NCBI GenBank assembly: GCA_963976795.1 | Contig: CAXBLT010000006.1 | Coordinates: 81,791-145,790, forward strand | Direction: 5' to 3' | Source: an uncultured Gammaproteobacteria bacterium | GTDB lineage: Bacteria; Pseudomonadota; Gammaproteobacteria; Eutrophobiales; Eutrophobiaceae | Length of the DNA stretch: 64,000 bases | In this document: positions 1-8,452 of the stretch, piece by piece | Numbering within the stretch: the stretch's first letter is position 1 | Layout of the letters: every line of letters begins with the position of its first letter | Notes under the pieces: generated by a model | What the model saw: only the letters and a program-made list of their open reading frames with translations | Databases searched by the model: none | What the model was told of the DNA's origin: nothing | Made by a program: the position numbers and the translations under genes

Positions 1-457
1 CTAATGTCATAAGTAATTGTTGTCGTCTCATCTCTTGGAAAGCCTTCAAGTATGAGCGGGAAAGAATATTTGGTGCTGTCTCCACCTTCACCTTCCTTTT
101 TAGTTATGCTTTTAGTGCTGATAGCAACAGTAGGGAAATCATCGTTGAGGATTGTGCCTGTAACAGTTTTCTTCTCGCTCAGTGTAACTCCGTCGGTGAC
201 ACTGAGCGTAATCGCGAAGGTTTCGTCTTCCTCAACCTTCTCATCATTTTTAATAGTCAGTGTGATTTCTTTCGACGACTCACCTTTTTTGAATACCAGC
301 TTGCCGTTTAATTTATCCTCGTAATCAGCCGCATCAACGCCGGTGATAGTGTAAGGCACCGTCACAGAATCTTCTTCTGCGTACACGAAAGACAAACCAA
401 ACAGGTTTATCCCTGAGGCAAGGAACAGACTGAATATTGTGTATTGAATAAATTTCA
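1..457 (-). CDS. Secreted Calx-beta domain protein, N-terminal part; the gene runs off the window start.
   Basis: Minus-strand ATG at 457..455 (MKFIQYTIFSLFLASGINLFGLSFVYAEED...) gives a signal peptide. It is followed by Calx-beta-like segments (...KGESSKEITLTIKNDEKVEEDETFAITLSVTDG...). It is absent from the ORF track only because no stop codon falls inside the window. Confidence 0.5.
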
Positions 458-513
458 TCACTTATCTTTGCAGTGAGAAACGTTAACTAGAATAATATTC
501 ACACTTAGCATTC

Positions 514-3500
514 TTAAAATTGATCATTAGGTGAATGTTTAATAGTGATGTTCTGAATTAACGTGTTACCTTCAGAATCTTCTGCTTCGATTGTGAGTTT
601 AATTGTTATTTCACTATTAGCTTGTATGCTCTGATTTGTATCAAAATACCGTAGCTTTCCGTCATTCAATATCTCAAATATTAATCCAATTCGATTTTTT
701 GATTTTGTATGTACTTCGTAAGAATCATCTTCGATACTATAATATACTTCATGCCCTTCGGCCGACTTAATGTGTTCATTTAAATTCAGCACATCAATCA
801 CGGCGCCGCCGGTACCGGCAGTTTCATATAGTTCGTCAAATTTCTTGGCTACATACAGTCCTGTAGTCCCTGTAATTTCCAATGTGAGATTCGCTTCGCC
901 GGATGAGCCATTAGAATCAACTGCTGTAACACTGATGATTTGTGTACGATCTTCATGTTTTGAGGTTGCGAAAGTCAACGTGCTACCGGATATGCTAATA
1001 GTATCACTAGAAGAATCATTTTTAAGCGTGACATCATAAGTCAGTTCATCCTTATCGGGGTAAGAAAAATAATCAGAAAGATTTATTTCATTATCAACTC
1101 CAGAAAATACCTTTAATTCACCATCTATTCCTTTAGGGGCACCGTTAAAAACGGTAATTGCGACTTTTCCCGTAACACTACCTTCATTAGTATCGGTCGC
1201 AATGAAGCTAATACTGCCTTCCCCTCTTTCATTAGCGCTGAATCTTAAAATCCCACTAGGGCTTATCGTCACTCTTCCAAAACCAGGCCCACTCTCAACT
1301 ACAGCTGACAGTTCACCATTATCAAAAGAATCTTTATCGTCAGTAACATATTGAGAAAGATCTAATTCATAACTTTCACCAACAGTTAATCCAATTTCTA
1401 CATTAAATAACTGTCCACTCACCACTGGAGGCTCATCGACGTCTATAACATTAATCTCAACCGTTTTTGAATCTTGTTCTTCACCGTCTTCGTTTCGTAA
1501 GAATATGTCGACATTAAGTTTTTTGTAGCCTTTATCGGATAATGCGTCTGGGTCGCAAGTAAAATCACCTGTTGATTGATCAATATCACAATCCAATGAT
1601 TCATTAGATTTCCATCCATAGATAACGCTGGTGTTATCACCTAGCTCCGCAGTCACTTTGAATTTAAGGGTTTCATTGTCATTTACTGTTAAGGAAATGG
1701 TTTCCTTATCGCTCGCATTCTGACCGGCAATCGTTTTTAATTTAGATGGTTTAGTTTCAATAGCAACTGACACATTCACAGAAGAAGTTGATTTCGCCTT
1801 ATTGCCTTCGTCTGTAACCTCAACACTCAAGGTGCATGTCTGTTCTTCCCCTGTCTCATTCTGCGGCGCAGTCCATTTGCCTTCTTTCTTATTAATTTCG
1901 AACTCACCATTACCAATCTCACCGTCACATGTTGCCGACCATGTATAAGTCAAACCAGAATCCGTTGCCCCTTCCCAATTGTTTGCTGAAACAACGACAG
2001 TGTCTTGTGACTTAACTTCTGTCGATTCCGCTTCGACGGAGCCGCCGCTTGGTGGAATGGCCACTTGACAAGTAACACCCGCATATCCAGCCGCACACGA
2101 ACAGATAGCTTCTGTCTCGCCGTTCGTACACTGCCCACCGTTTTGACAGGGTGAATCTGCACAGTAATCCGGTCTAGTAACATCAATATTAAACGTTAAC
2201 GTGCCCGAGAGTGAGGGATTGCCATCGTCCGTGGCGGTGACCGTGATCGGATGAGTGCCAGCATGTGCGGAGGTTGGTGTCCACGTAAATGCACCAGTGC
2301 CTGTATTAATTGCCATTCCCTTAGCCGCCGAGGCCGAGTCTATCGCGTAACTCAAGGTGTTGGCGGGTATATCAGGATCAGCACTGACCACTGCAAAAGA
2401 AAGTACCGTCGACGCTTCCACACTCGTGTCATTAATCGGGTTCAACGCAGGCGGGCTGTTGCTTTCGAAGACGCCAATGGAAATGGTTTCACGGTCGGTA
2501 ACAGCAGCGTTGTCGCTACGCGTGGCGACAACATCGAAAACGTAGGAGCCCGGGCCGTCGCTCTCGTCTGTCGTCCAAGAAAAAACACCGGTGCTCGGAT
2601 CGATGCTGGCTCCGTTAGGAACGGCACCTTCAAGCGAATAGACCGGGGGCGCGCTTTCGCCAGGCACAGTTGCTGAAGCGCTGAAAGTGAGGAGGCTATT
2701 CTCACTAATGGATTGATCGCCAATCATATCGAGAGTGATGGAAAGGGTGACCTCGACGCTAAAAGTGAAAGTGTCGCTGAGTGAGGGATTGCCATCGTCC
2801 GTGGCGGTGACCGTGATCGGATGAGTGCCAGCATGTGCGGAGGTTGGTGTCCACGTAAATGCACCAGTGCCTGCATTAATTGCCATTCCCTTAGTCGCCG
2901 AGGCCGAATCTATCGCGTAACTCAAGGTGTTGGCGGGTATATCAGGATCAGCACTGGTCACTGCAAAAGAAAGTGCCGTCGACGCTTCCACACTCGTGTC
3001 ATTAATCGGGTTCAACGTTGGAGGACTGTTGACTTCAGCAACTTGAACCGAAACCGTTTTTCTGTCCGTTAGCCCCGCATTACTACTATTCGTCACCACA
3101 ACATCAAATGTAACTGTGCCGGGACCATCAGTTTCGCTTGTTTGCCAACTAAACAGGCCAGTATTTGGATCAATTGACGCTCCGCCTGGAAGATTACCGG
3201 ATTTCCCATCTTCCAAACTATAAATAGGGGTTCCATTATCGCCTGGGATGGTAGCAGTCGCCGTGAAGTTAACTAGGCCATTTTCATTCACAATTTGATC
3301 GCTAATCGGATTTAACACGGGCGTAATGGATACCTGACAATTGTCACCTTCAAATCCAGGCTGGCACGTACATGAATAGTCATTAACGCCGTCGACACAT
3401 TGCGCTCCATTTAGGCATTGGTTCGAGGCACACTCATCAATATTAGTTTCACAATTCTGCCCTGAAAATCCAGCCGCACACTCACAGGTAAAAGCATTAA

Positions 3501-3921
3501 CGCCGTCGACACATTGCGCTCCATTTAGGCATTGGTTCGAGGCACACTCATCAATATTAGTTTCACAATTCTGCCCTGAAAATCCAGCCGCACACTCACA
3601 GGTAAAAGCATTAACGCCGTCGACACATTGCGCTCCATTTAGGCATTGGTTCGGAGTACATTCATCACTACACGCTGCCTCCGTCGTTGCACAAGTACTT
3701 GCAGAACATTCAAAAGGACTCTCATCAGGACAGCTAAGCGTAACCGTAAAAGTTAATGTCTTATCTGTGCCTTCCGTGATTTCTGTTTTTCCTTCTTTCT
3801 GCGTTATAGAAGCGACCTTTTTAACAACTTTAGCGTCAGCGGCCTGTGCATACATAGGGAAAGCCAAGACCAAAAAGAAAAGGCTGGAAAGAAAAAATCG
3901 GGATATGTTTTTCAAGAGCAT
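514..3921 (-). CDS. Large secreted multidomain adhesin (1135 aa). Signal peptide, 3 tandem calcium-binding EGF-like modules plus 1 further EGF-like module, Ig-like (He_PIG / dystroglycan-type cadherin-like) repeats, and cadherin-like repeats.
   Basis: N-terminal signal peptide MLLKNISRFFLSSLFFLVLAFPMYAQA. Three near-identical 38-aa modules DIDECASNQCLNGAQCVDGVNAFTCECAAGFSGQNCETN match the cbEGF D-x-D-E-C pattern with 6 Cys. Repeated '...GASIDPxTGxFSWTxxESDGPG...' and '...LSYAIDSASAxKGMAINxGTGAFTWTPTSAHAGTHPITVTATDDGNPSLS' units follow. A cadherin-like 'INVIDVDEPP' motif lies in the C-terminal half. Confidence 0.85.
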   Translation of the reverse strand: MLLKNISRFFLSSLFFLVLAFPMYAQAADAKVVKKVASITQKEGKTEITEGTDKTLTFTVTLSCPDESPFECSASTCATTEAACSDECTPNQCLNGAQCVDGVNAFTCECAAGFSGQNCETNIDECASNQCLNGAQCVDGVNAFTCECAAGFSGQNCETNIDECASNQCLNGAQCVDGVNDYSCTCQPGFEGDNCQVSITPVLNPISDQIVNENGLVNFTATATIPGDNGTPIYSLEDGKSGNLPGGASIDPNTGLFSWQTSETDGPGTVTFDVVVTNSSNAGLTDRKTVSVQVAEVNSPPTLNPINDTSVEASTALSFAVTSADPDIPANTLSYAIDSASATKGMAINAGTGAFTWTPTSAHAGTHPITVTATDDGNPSLSDTFTFSVEVTLSITLDMIGDQSISENSLLTFSASATVPGESAPPVYSLEGAVPNGASIDPSTGVFSWTTDESDGPGSYVFDVVATRSDNAAVTDRETISIGVFESNSPPALNPINDTSVEASTVLSFAVVSADPDIPANTLSYAIDSASAAKGMAINTGTGAFTWTPTSAHAGTHPITVTATDDGNPSLSGTLTFNIDVTRPDYCADSPCQNGGQCTNGETEAICSCAAGYAGVTCQVAIPPSGGSVEAESTEVKSQDTVVVSANNWEGATDSGLTYTWSATCDGEIGNGEFEINKKEGKWTAPQNETGEEQTCTLSVEVTDEGNKAKSTSSVNVSVAIETKPSKLKTIAGQNASDKETISLTVNDNETLKFKVTAELGDNTSVIYGWKSNESLDCDIDQSTGDFTCDPDALSDKGYKKLNVDIFLRNEDGEEQDSKTVEINVIDVDEPPVVSGQLFNVEIGLTVGESYELDLSQYVTDDKDSFDNGELSAVVESGPGFGRVTISPSGILRFSANERGEGSISFIATDTNEGSVTGKVAITVFNGAPKGIDGELKVFSGVDNEINLSDYFSYPDKDELTYDVTLKNDSSSDTISISGSTLTFATSKHEDRTQIISVTAVDSNGSSGEANLTLEITGTTGLYVAKKFDELYETAGTGGAVIDVLNLNEHIKSAEGHEVYYSIEDDSYEVHTKSKNRIGLIFEILNDGKLRYFDTNQSIQANSEITIKLTIEAEDSEGNTLIQNITIKHSPNDQF
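2207..2460. repeat. Copy 1 of a near-identical 254-bp segment (about 97% identity to 2777..3030), embedded in an older, more diverged 570-bp in-frame tandem duplication inside the adhesin gene.
   Basis: The plus-strand shadow ORFs at 2251 and 2821 both start MSASMCGGWCPRKCTSACINCHSLSRRGR. DNA alignment of 2207-2460 against 2777-3030 shows only about 6 mismatches. The flanking parts of the 570-bp units match only at the protein level. Confidence 0.85.
2777..3030. repeat. Copy 2 of the near-identical 254-bp segment (partner of 2207..2460, offset 570 bp).
   Basis: Same evidence as for copy 1. Confidence 0.85.
3382..3723. repeat. Tandem repeat of period 114 bp, 3 copies (copy starts about 3382, 3496 and 3610). 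Each copy encodes one cbEGF module of the adhesin.
   Basis: Direct reading of the DNA shows 'attaacgccgtcgacacattgcgctccatttaggcattggttcgaggcacactcatcaatattagtttcacaattctgccctgaaaatccagccgcacactcacaggtaaaagc' repeated nearly identically. The third copy diverges at its distal end. Confidence 0.9.
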
Positions 3922-4211
3922 TGAAATATGAAAACTTTAAGGGGAATGAGCTCTTGCGTTATAGCGGTTGCTTGAGTAATACCCATAAACGGCCTATTAA
4001 TTGTTATATTTTATTTTTGTTTAATCTGGACTAAGTCGTTTTTTGACTACACTTAATTCTGAACGATTTTTTTTTAGCCTGCAATCAATAATTTAGTGGG
4101 ACTTTATTAATAAATAATCATGAAGTGATGTGGGGTGTAGAAGTCGACAAGATTGTCGGGGACGATTTTGGACGGCGTCACCGAGCACACTTTTTGACTA
4201 TGTCAAAGAAG

Positions 4212-4287
4212 TGGTGGGCCGTGTAGGGGTCGAACCTACGACAAATGGATTAAGAGTCCACTGCTCTACCAACTGAGCTAACGGCCC
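4212..4287 (-). tRNA. tRNA-Lys (anticodon CUU).
   Basis: Reverse complement: GGGCCGTTAGCTCAGTTGGTAGAGCAGTGGACTCTTAATCCATTTGTCGTAGGTTCGACCCCTACACGGCCCACCA. Cloverleaf with D-arm GCTCAGTTGGTAGAGC, anticodon loop CTCTTAA, T-arm GGTTCGA and an encoded CCA. Confidence 0.9.
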
Positions 4288-4307
4288 AAAGTTCAGATGT
4301 GATTAAA

Positions 4308-4384
4308 TGGGGTGAACGATGGGACTCGAACCCACGACGACCGGAATCACAATCCGGGGCTCTACCAACTGAGCTACGCTCACC
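4308..4384 (-). tRNA. tRNA-His (anticodon GUG), with the extra 5' G-1.
   Basis: Reverse complement: GGTGAGCGTAGCTCAGTTGGTAGAGCCCCGGATTGTGATTCCGGTCGTCGTGGGTTCGAGTCCCATCGTTCACCCCA. Anticodon loop TTGTGAT. The overall pattern is very close to E. coli hisR. Confidence 0.9.
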
Positions 4385-4443
4385 ATAATTAAACTATTAT
4401 CAGCAAAAGACTGACACCACACAATGATTTGGTTTTCATTGAT

Positions 4444-4520
4444 TGGCGCGCCTGAGAGGACTCGAACCTCTAACCCCCGGCTTAGAAGGCCGGTGCTCTA
4501 TCCGGTTGAGCTACAGGCGC
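4444..4520 (-). tRNA. tRNA-Arg (anticodon UCU).
   Basis: Reverse complement: GCGCCTGTAGCTCAACCGGATAGAGCACCGGCCTTCTAAGCCGGGGGTTAGAGGTTCGAGTCCTCTCAGGCGCGCCA. Anticodon stem-loop CCGGC-CTTCTAA-GCCGG. Confidence 0.9.
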
Positions 4521-4555
4521 ATTCATGTCCTTACCCAGAATACTTTAAAGTTAAA

Positions 4556-4632
4556 TGGTCGGGGCAGAGGGATTCGAACCCCCGACCCTCTGCTCCCAAA
4601 GCAGATGCGCTACCAGGCTGCGCTATGCCCCG
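4556..4632 (-). tRNA. tRNA-Pro (anticodon GGG).
   Basis: Reverse complement: CGGGGCATAGCGCAGCCTGGTAGCGCATCTGCTTTGGGAGCAGAGGGTCGGGGGTTCGAATCCCTCTGCCCCGACCA. Anticodon stem-loop CTGCT-TTGGGAG-AGCAG. Confidence 0.9.
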
Positions 4633-4666
4633 ATTGATTAACTCTCCTGCCTCAACAGGACGTGGG

Positions 4667-4695
4667 ATGATACGCAGTACACTGTATCGCGTCAA
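4667..4695 (-). promoter_or_regulatory. Candidate sigma70 promoter of the tRNA operon. On the minus strand it reads TTGACG-N17-TATCAT, followed by a GC-rich discriminator (CCCACG).
   Basis: The minus strand reads ...gaaTTGACGcgatacagtgtactgcgTATCATcccacgtcc... about 28 nt upstream of the tRNA-Pro 5' end. A GC-rich discriminator is typical of stringently controlled stable-RNA promoters. No search was run. Confidence 0.4.
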
Positions 4696-4732
4696 TTCCC
4701 AAACTTAAAATAAACTATACTAAAATAATCAA

Positions 4733-6124
4733 TTAGTTACGCCGCCAAACTGTGCCTTGTGGCGTATCTTCAAGACTAATACCCAAGCTTCCGAGATGAT
4801 CCCGGATCTGATCGGCTTTTTCATAATTTTTGTCTGCTTTTGCGACAACACGCTCATCAATAAAACTTTGGATGGCCGTTTCATCGAGATCGGTTTCATT
4901 CGAGCTGATTTTCGCTTGTAGAAATCCGACTGGATCATCCTGCAACAAGCCTAATATGCCGCCAAGTTTTCTCAACGTCGCCGTTAATTGAATCGCCTCA
5001 ATTGAGCTCTTATTGGCGGTTCGATTTAGATCTCGTGCCAATTCATGTAATAGCGAGATGGCCTTTGCCGTATTAAAGTCATCGTTCATGAATGAATTGA
5101 ACTCATCCAGACTCTTTTGAACCGGTTCAACATCATTAGCGTCAGATGTGTCCCTTAATGCCGTGTAAAGACCACTTAACGCAGCCTTTGCCTCTTCCAA
5201 ATTGTCGACTGAATAATTTAATGGACTACGATAATGACTGGATAGGATAAAAAAACGTATCACCTCTGGTTGAAACTTTTGTAGCACCTCTCTCAAGGTA
5301 AAAAAATTACCTAATGATTTCGACATCTTTTCTTCGTCAACCCGAACAAATCCATTATGCATCCAGACATTGGCAAACTCCTCGCCCGTTGAACACACTG
5401 ATTGAGCGATTTCATTCTCATGATGCGGAAACTGTAAATCTTGACCACCACCATGAATATCAAAATGGTTGCCCAAACAGTGCGTCGACATTGCCGAACA
5501 TTCGATATGCCATCCTGGGCGACCTTCGCCCCATGGTGAAGACCAGCTAGGTTCATTTGCTTTCGATGCCTTCCACAGGACAAAATCCAATGGGTCATCT
5601 TTTTCTTGCTGGACCTCTACACGCTCACCAGCTCTTAACTCATCGGTGTTCTTGCCCGATAAACGACCATAGGCTTCATACGAACTGACATCAAAATAGA
5701 CATCGTTATTACTACCAACATAGGCGTGTTTTCTTTCTATCAACGTTGAGATCATGTCAATAATTTCAGGCATATGCAGTGTCGCTTTTGGTTCTGCGTC
5801 TGGTGCAATAACACCAAGTGCGCTTGCATCCTCGTTCATTGCATCAATAAAACGTTCCGTTAACTCGGAGATAGTCTCTTTGTTCTCATTTGCACGATTA
5901 ATTATTTTATCGTCGATATCAGTGATATTGCGCACATAGGTCACATCATAATGACTGTGTCGCAAATAACGCGAGATCATATCGAAAACCACCATCACAC
6001 GCGCATGACCGATATGACATAAGTCGTACACAGTCATGCCACAAACGTACATACTCACCTTGCCCGGTTCGATTGGGGTGAAGTCTTCTTTTTGCCCACT
6101 TAAACTATTGTAAATTTTTAACAC
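4733..6124 (-). CDS. cysS: Cysteine--tRNA ligase (class I), with a probable GTG start at 6124.
   Basis: HIGH motif (CHIGH) and KMSKS motif. It aligns with E. coli CysS from '[15 protein letters not shown]' onwards (E. coli: MLKIFNTLTRQKEEF). The track ORF extends 20 codons further upstream to an ATG at 6184 that has no counterpart in CysS. Zinc-binding residues and '[15 protein letters not shown]' are conserved. Confidence 0.95.
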   Translation of the reverse strand: MLKIYNSLSGQKEDFTPIEPGKVSMYVCGMTVYDLCHIGHARVMVVFDMISRYLRHSHYDVTYVRNITDIDDKIINRANENKETISELTERFIDAMNEDASALGVIAPDAEPKATLHMPEIIDMISTLIERKHAYVGSNNDVYFDVSSYEAYGRLSGKNTDELRAGERVEVQQEKDDPLDFVLWKASKANEPSWSSPWGEGRPGWHIECSAMSTHCLGNHFDIHGGGQDLQFPHHENEIAQSVCSTGEEFANVWMHNGFVRVDEEKMSKSLGNFFTLREVLQKFQPEVIRFFILSSHYRSPLNYSVDNLEEAKAALSGLYTALRDTSDANDVEPVQKSLDEFNSFMNDDFNTAKAISLLHELARDLNRTANKSSIEAIQLTATLRKLGGILGLLQDDPVGFLQAKISSNETDLDETAIQSFIDERVVAKADKNYEKADQIRDHLGSLGISLEDTPQGTVWRRN

Positions 6125-6347
6125 GCTTATATTTTTAGATTTATTTATGAGTGTTCGTTTAAAACACCTCGTGCCCTGATACATGTAGTCGTCTCAGTTC
6201 ACGACATACGCCCACACCCATGCAGATAATAGACGCGCATCTTATCGGAAAGGACCTTATGCGACAAAAGGAATTTGTCATTCATATCAATCTGGGCATA
6301 ATCACAATATAAAATTCAACACTTAATATTAATACTGGAGATTAATC

Positions 6348-6851
6348 ATGAAGGTTCAAATGACAACAACACTCGGCCCAATAACACTAGAACTCAATTC
6401 GGAAATGGCTCCGAAAACAGTCGAGAACTTTATAGCTTATGTTGAGAGTGGTCATTATGACGGCACTATCTTTCACCGGGTTATCAAAGACTTTATGATT
6501 CAATGTGGCGGCATGGATAAAGACATGAACTCCAAACCTACTCGGGACTCAATTCAGAATGAAGCCAATAATGGATTACCAAATGAATATGGCAGTATCT
6601 CCATGGCCAGAACATCCGACCCACATTCAGCTTCGGCACAGTTTTTTATCAACACTAATGACAATGCGTTTCTGGACTTTAAATCTGAATCCCAAGATGG
6701 TTGGGGCTATTGCGTATTCGGTAAAGTCATAGAAGGAATTGAAGTCGTTAACAGTATCGAAGAAAAAACAACCACGACACGCAATGGGCATCAAGATGTA
6801 CCAGAAGATATTATTGAAATAGAAAAAGCAGTCATACTCGAAGAGGATTAA
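6348..6851 (+). CDS. ppiB: Peptidyl-prolyl cis-trans isomerase B (cyclophilin type).
   Basis: Cyclophilin signature 'FHRVIKDFMIQCGG'. Length is 167 aa. It sits in the conserved divergent cysS / ppiB-lpxH arrangement. Confidence 0.9.
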   Translation: MKVQMTTTLGPITLELNSEMAPKTVENFIAYVESGHYDGTIFHRVIKDFMIQCGGMDKDMNSKPTRDSIQNEANNGLPNEYGSISMARTSDPHSASAQFFINTNDNAFLDFKSESQDGWGYCVFGKVIEGIEVVNSIEEKTTTTRNGHQDVPEDIIEIEKAVILEED

Positions 6852-6895
6852 TTTCAACTTCAATCGTTTTAAATCGCCTTAAAATTAATTCACTA

Positions 6896-7645
6896 ATGAC
6901 AACGCTCTTTGTTTCAGATCTGCACCTGAGTAATCGGCGACCTGAAAAACTTGCCTTATTCAAAAAGTTAATGTCGGGCGCAGCAAAAAAGGCTGATGCG
7001 TTTTACATACTGGGTGATTTGTTTGATGACTTCTGGATTGGTTGCGATGATCAGCATCCACCCAATCAGGAAGTCATTTCTATTTTACGTGATTATTCAA
7101 ACGTTAATTCAACTCAATTATTTGTAATGCGCGGCAATCGAGATTTTCATCTAAACCAGGAATTTGCTAATAAAACGGGCTGTACTTTAATCGAAGATCC
7201 AACTGACATTATGCTTAATGATAAAAAAACTCTGTTAATGCATGGAGACACCTTATGCACTGATGATGTGAAGTATCAGAAATGGCGGAAATTTATTACT
7301 AACCCTGTTATTAAATGGATCTATTTCATTATGCCTCTGAAATTGAGAACACACATATCACATAACGTTCGAGGCTACGCGGCAGAGGCTGTACAGAAAA
7401 AGGCACCGGAAATCATCGATGTGACTGAAGAAGCGGTATTAAATACTTTTGAACGCTTTAACGTAGAAACATTGATTCATGGTCACACGCACCGACAGGC
7501 AAGACATGAAGTACCATTAAACAATAGACAGGCAACAAGATTTGTTTTGGGTGAGTGGTTCGAGCAAGACTGCGTGTTAGTCCATGATAAAACCGGTTTC
7601 AGGTTTGAGCGCGTAGATGACTATATCATCGAATACGGAAAGTAG
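6896..7645 (+). CDS. lpxH: UDP-2,3-diacylglucosamine diphosphatase.
   Basis: N-terminal calcineurin-like metallophosphoesterase motif 'LFVSDLHLS'. Length is 249 aa, and the gene follows ppiB as in enterobacteria. Confidence 0.85.
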   Translation: MTTLFVSDLHLSNRRPEKLALFKKLMSGAAKKADAFYILGDLFDDFWIGCDDQHPPNQEVISILRDYSNVNSTQLFVMRGNRDFHLNQEFANKTGCTLIEDPTDIMLNDKKTLLMHGDTLCTDDVKYQKWRKFITNPVIKWIYFIMPLKLRTHISHNVRGYAAEAVQKKAPEIIDVTEEAVLNTFERFNVETLIHGHTHRQARHEVPLNNRQATRFVLGEWFEQDCVLVHDKTGFRFERVDDYIIEYGK

Positions 7646-8430
7646 GGTCAGATACAACTTTCCTCATCTTTTCTTTGGCCTCCCCATAGTGGCAGGCCTT
7701 ACTCTTTGCCCATATAGTGTTTCCAGTTCTTCTTTAAATCGGTCATTGCCTAATGCCATCCCTTTATTAACCGAGCTACGTATTTGCTCTAATAGCTCAT
7801 CATCAACATGTGCTTTAAACATAGATTTATATGCACTTAACCGTTCCTTTTTATTCGTTCCAAGTCTTAAATACTCTTCATGCGGTTTACAAAGTTCAGT
7901 GTTAATACCAAGAGCATTGCATCGATAGCTTGACCAAAAATACTCAGAGGGATCGTGGACCATGTCTGCCCGAATCGGATTTAACTCAATATAACGGTAA
8001 CACTGCAATAAATACGTTTCTGTCTGAACAAGACTCGATTTAAAACGACCTTCCCAGAGTGTGCCCGATCGTTGATACTGATAATTAAAGTATTGAACAT
8101 AACGTCGGCCCAGTGCCTGCATCATTGCAGACACCCCATCACTACTTGTCGGTGTTACCAGCAAATGAACATGATTTGTCATAAACACCCAAGCATGAAT
8201 CGCAACGTGAAATTTTTGTGAATATTCTTTTAACCAATTTGAATAAGCAGCAAAATCATGTTTGCTTCCAAAACAAACACTCCTATTGTTTCCGCGCTGT
8301 ACCACATGCTGAGGTATGCCCGAAGGACATAATCGAGGTAAACGTGCCATGGTTGCTTCCTTGTAACCAATTAAAAATAAAGTTTAAACTATGCCTGATC
8401 TCTTAGTAAATAATAAGTTGTATCTGACCC
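7645..8430. mobile_element. Miniature RAYT-type element bounded by perfect 16-bp inverted repeats GGGTCAGATACAACTT (7645..7660 and 8415..8430).
   Basis: The inverted repeats are read directly from the DNA. They enclose a single Y1-transposase-like gene. The left repeat begins on the last base of the lpxH stop codon. Confidence 0.55.
7664..8350 (-). CDS. REP-associated tyrosine transposase-like protein (Y1 / IS200-like transposase_17 family).
   Basis: N-terminus 'MARLPRLCPSGIPQHVVQRGNNRSVCF'. HxH motif 'HVHLL' and a downstream Tyr ('CYRYIELNP') are typical of HUH-Y1 TnpA_REP proteins. Length is 228 aa. Confidence 0.8.
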   Translation of the reverse strand: MARLPRLCPSGIPQHVVQRGNNRSVCFGSKHDFAAYSNWLKEYSQKFHVAIHAWVFMTNHVHLLVTPTSSDGVSAMMQALGRRYVQYFNYQYQRSGTLWEGRFKSSLVQTETYLLQCYRYIELNPIRADMVHDPSEYFWSSYRCNALGINTELCKPHEEYLRLGTNKKERLSAYKSMFKAHVDDELLEQIRSSVNKGMALGNDRFKEELETLYGQRVRPATMGRPKKR

Positions 8431-8452
8431 CACTTTTCGCATCGAATGTGAA

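Noticed and set aside
52-324. Plus-strand 90-aa ORF at the window start.
   Set aside because: It lies antisense to the better-supported minus-strand Calx-beta gene (signal peptide, domain motifs).
2251-3072. Plus-strand ORFs 2251..2676, 2357..2545 and 2821..3072 (two of them start with identical peptides).
   Set aside because: They are antisense shadow ORFs created by the 570-bp tandem duplication inside the minus-strand adhesin gene. They have no independent coding signal.
3382-3723. Regular 114-bp direct repeats that could be mistaken for a CRISPR-like array.
   Set aside because: The repeats are contiguous with no spacers, are in-frame, and encode EGF modules. They are a coding tandem repeat, not CRISPR.
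4142-4158. GTCGACAAGATTGTCG, a possible fourth copy of the TTGTCGACAA operator.
   Set aside because: The half-sites are everted (GACAA..TTGTC) and the second box and conserved spacer are absent. It is probably coincidental.
4424-4708. Plus-strand ORFs 4424..4708 and 4443..4637.
   Set aside because: They run antisense across the tRNA-Arg and tRNA-Pro genes and are artefacts of GC-rich tRNA sequence.
6125-6184. 20-codon N-terminal extension of cysS in the ORF track (start at 6184).
   Set aside because: Alignment to CysS begins at the GTG at 6124 (VLKIYNSL versus MLKIFNTL). The extension is not conserved.
7664-8350. Calling the Y1 transposase a classical IS200/IS605 insertion sequence.
   Set aside because: The terminal inverted repeats, the single gene and the absence of tnpB fit a RAYT-type unit better. 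An IS family was not assigned.
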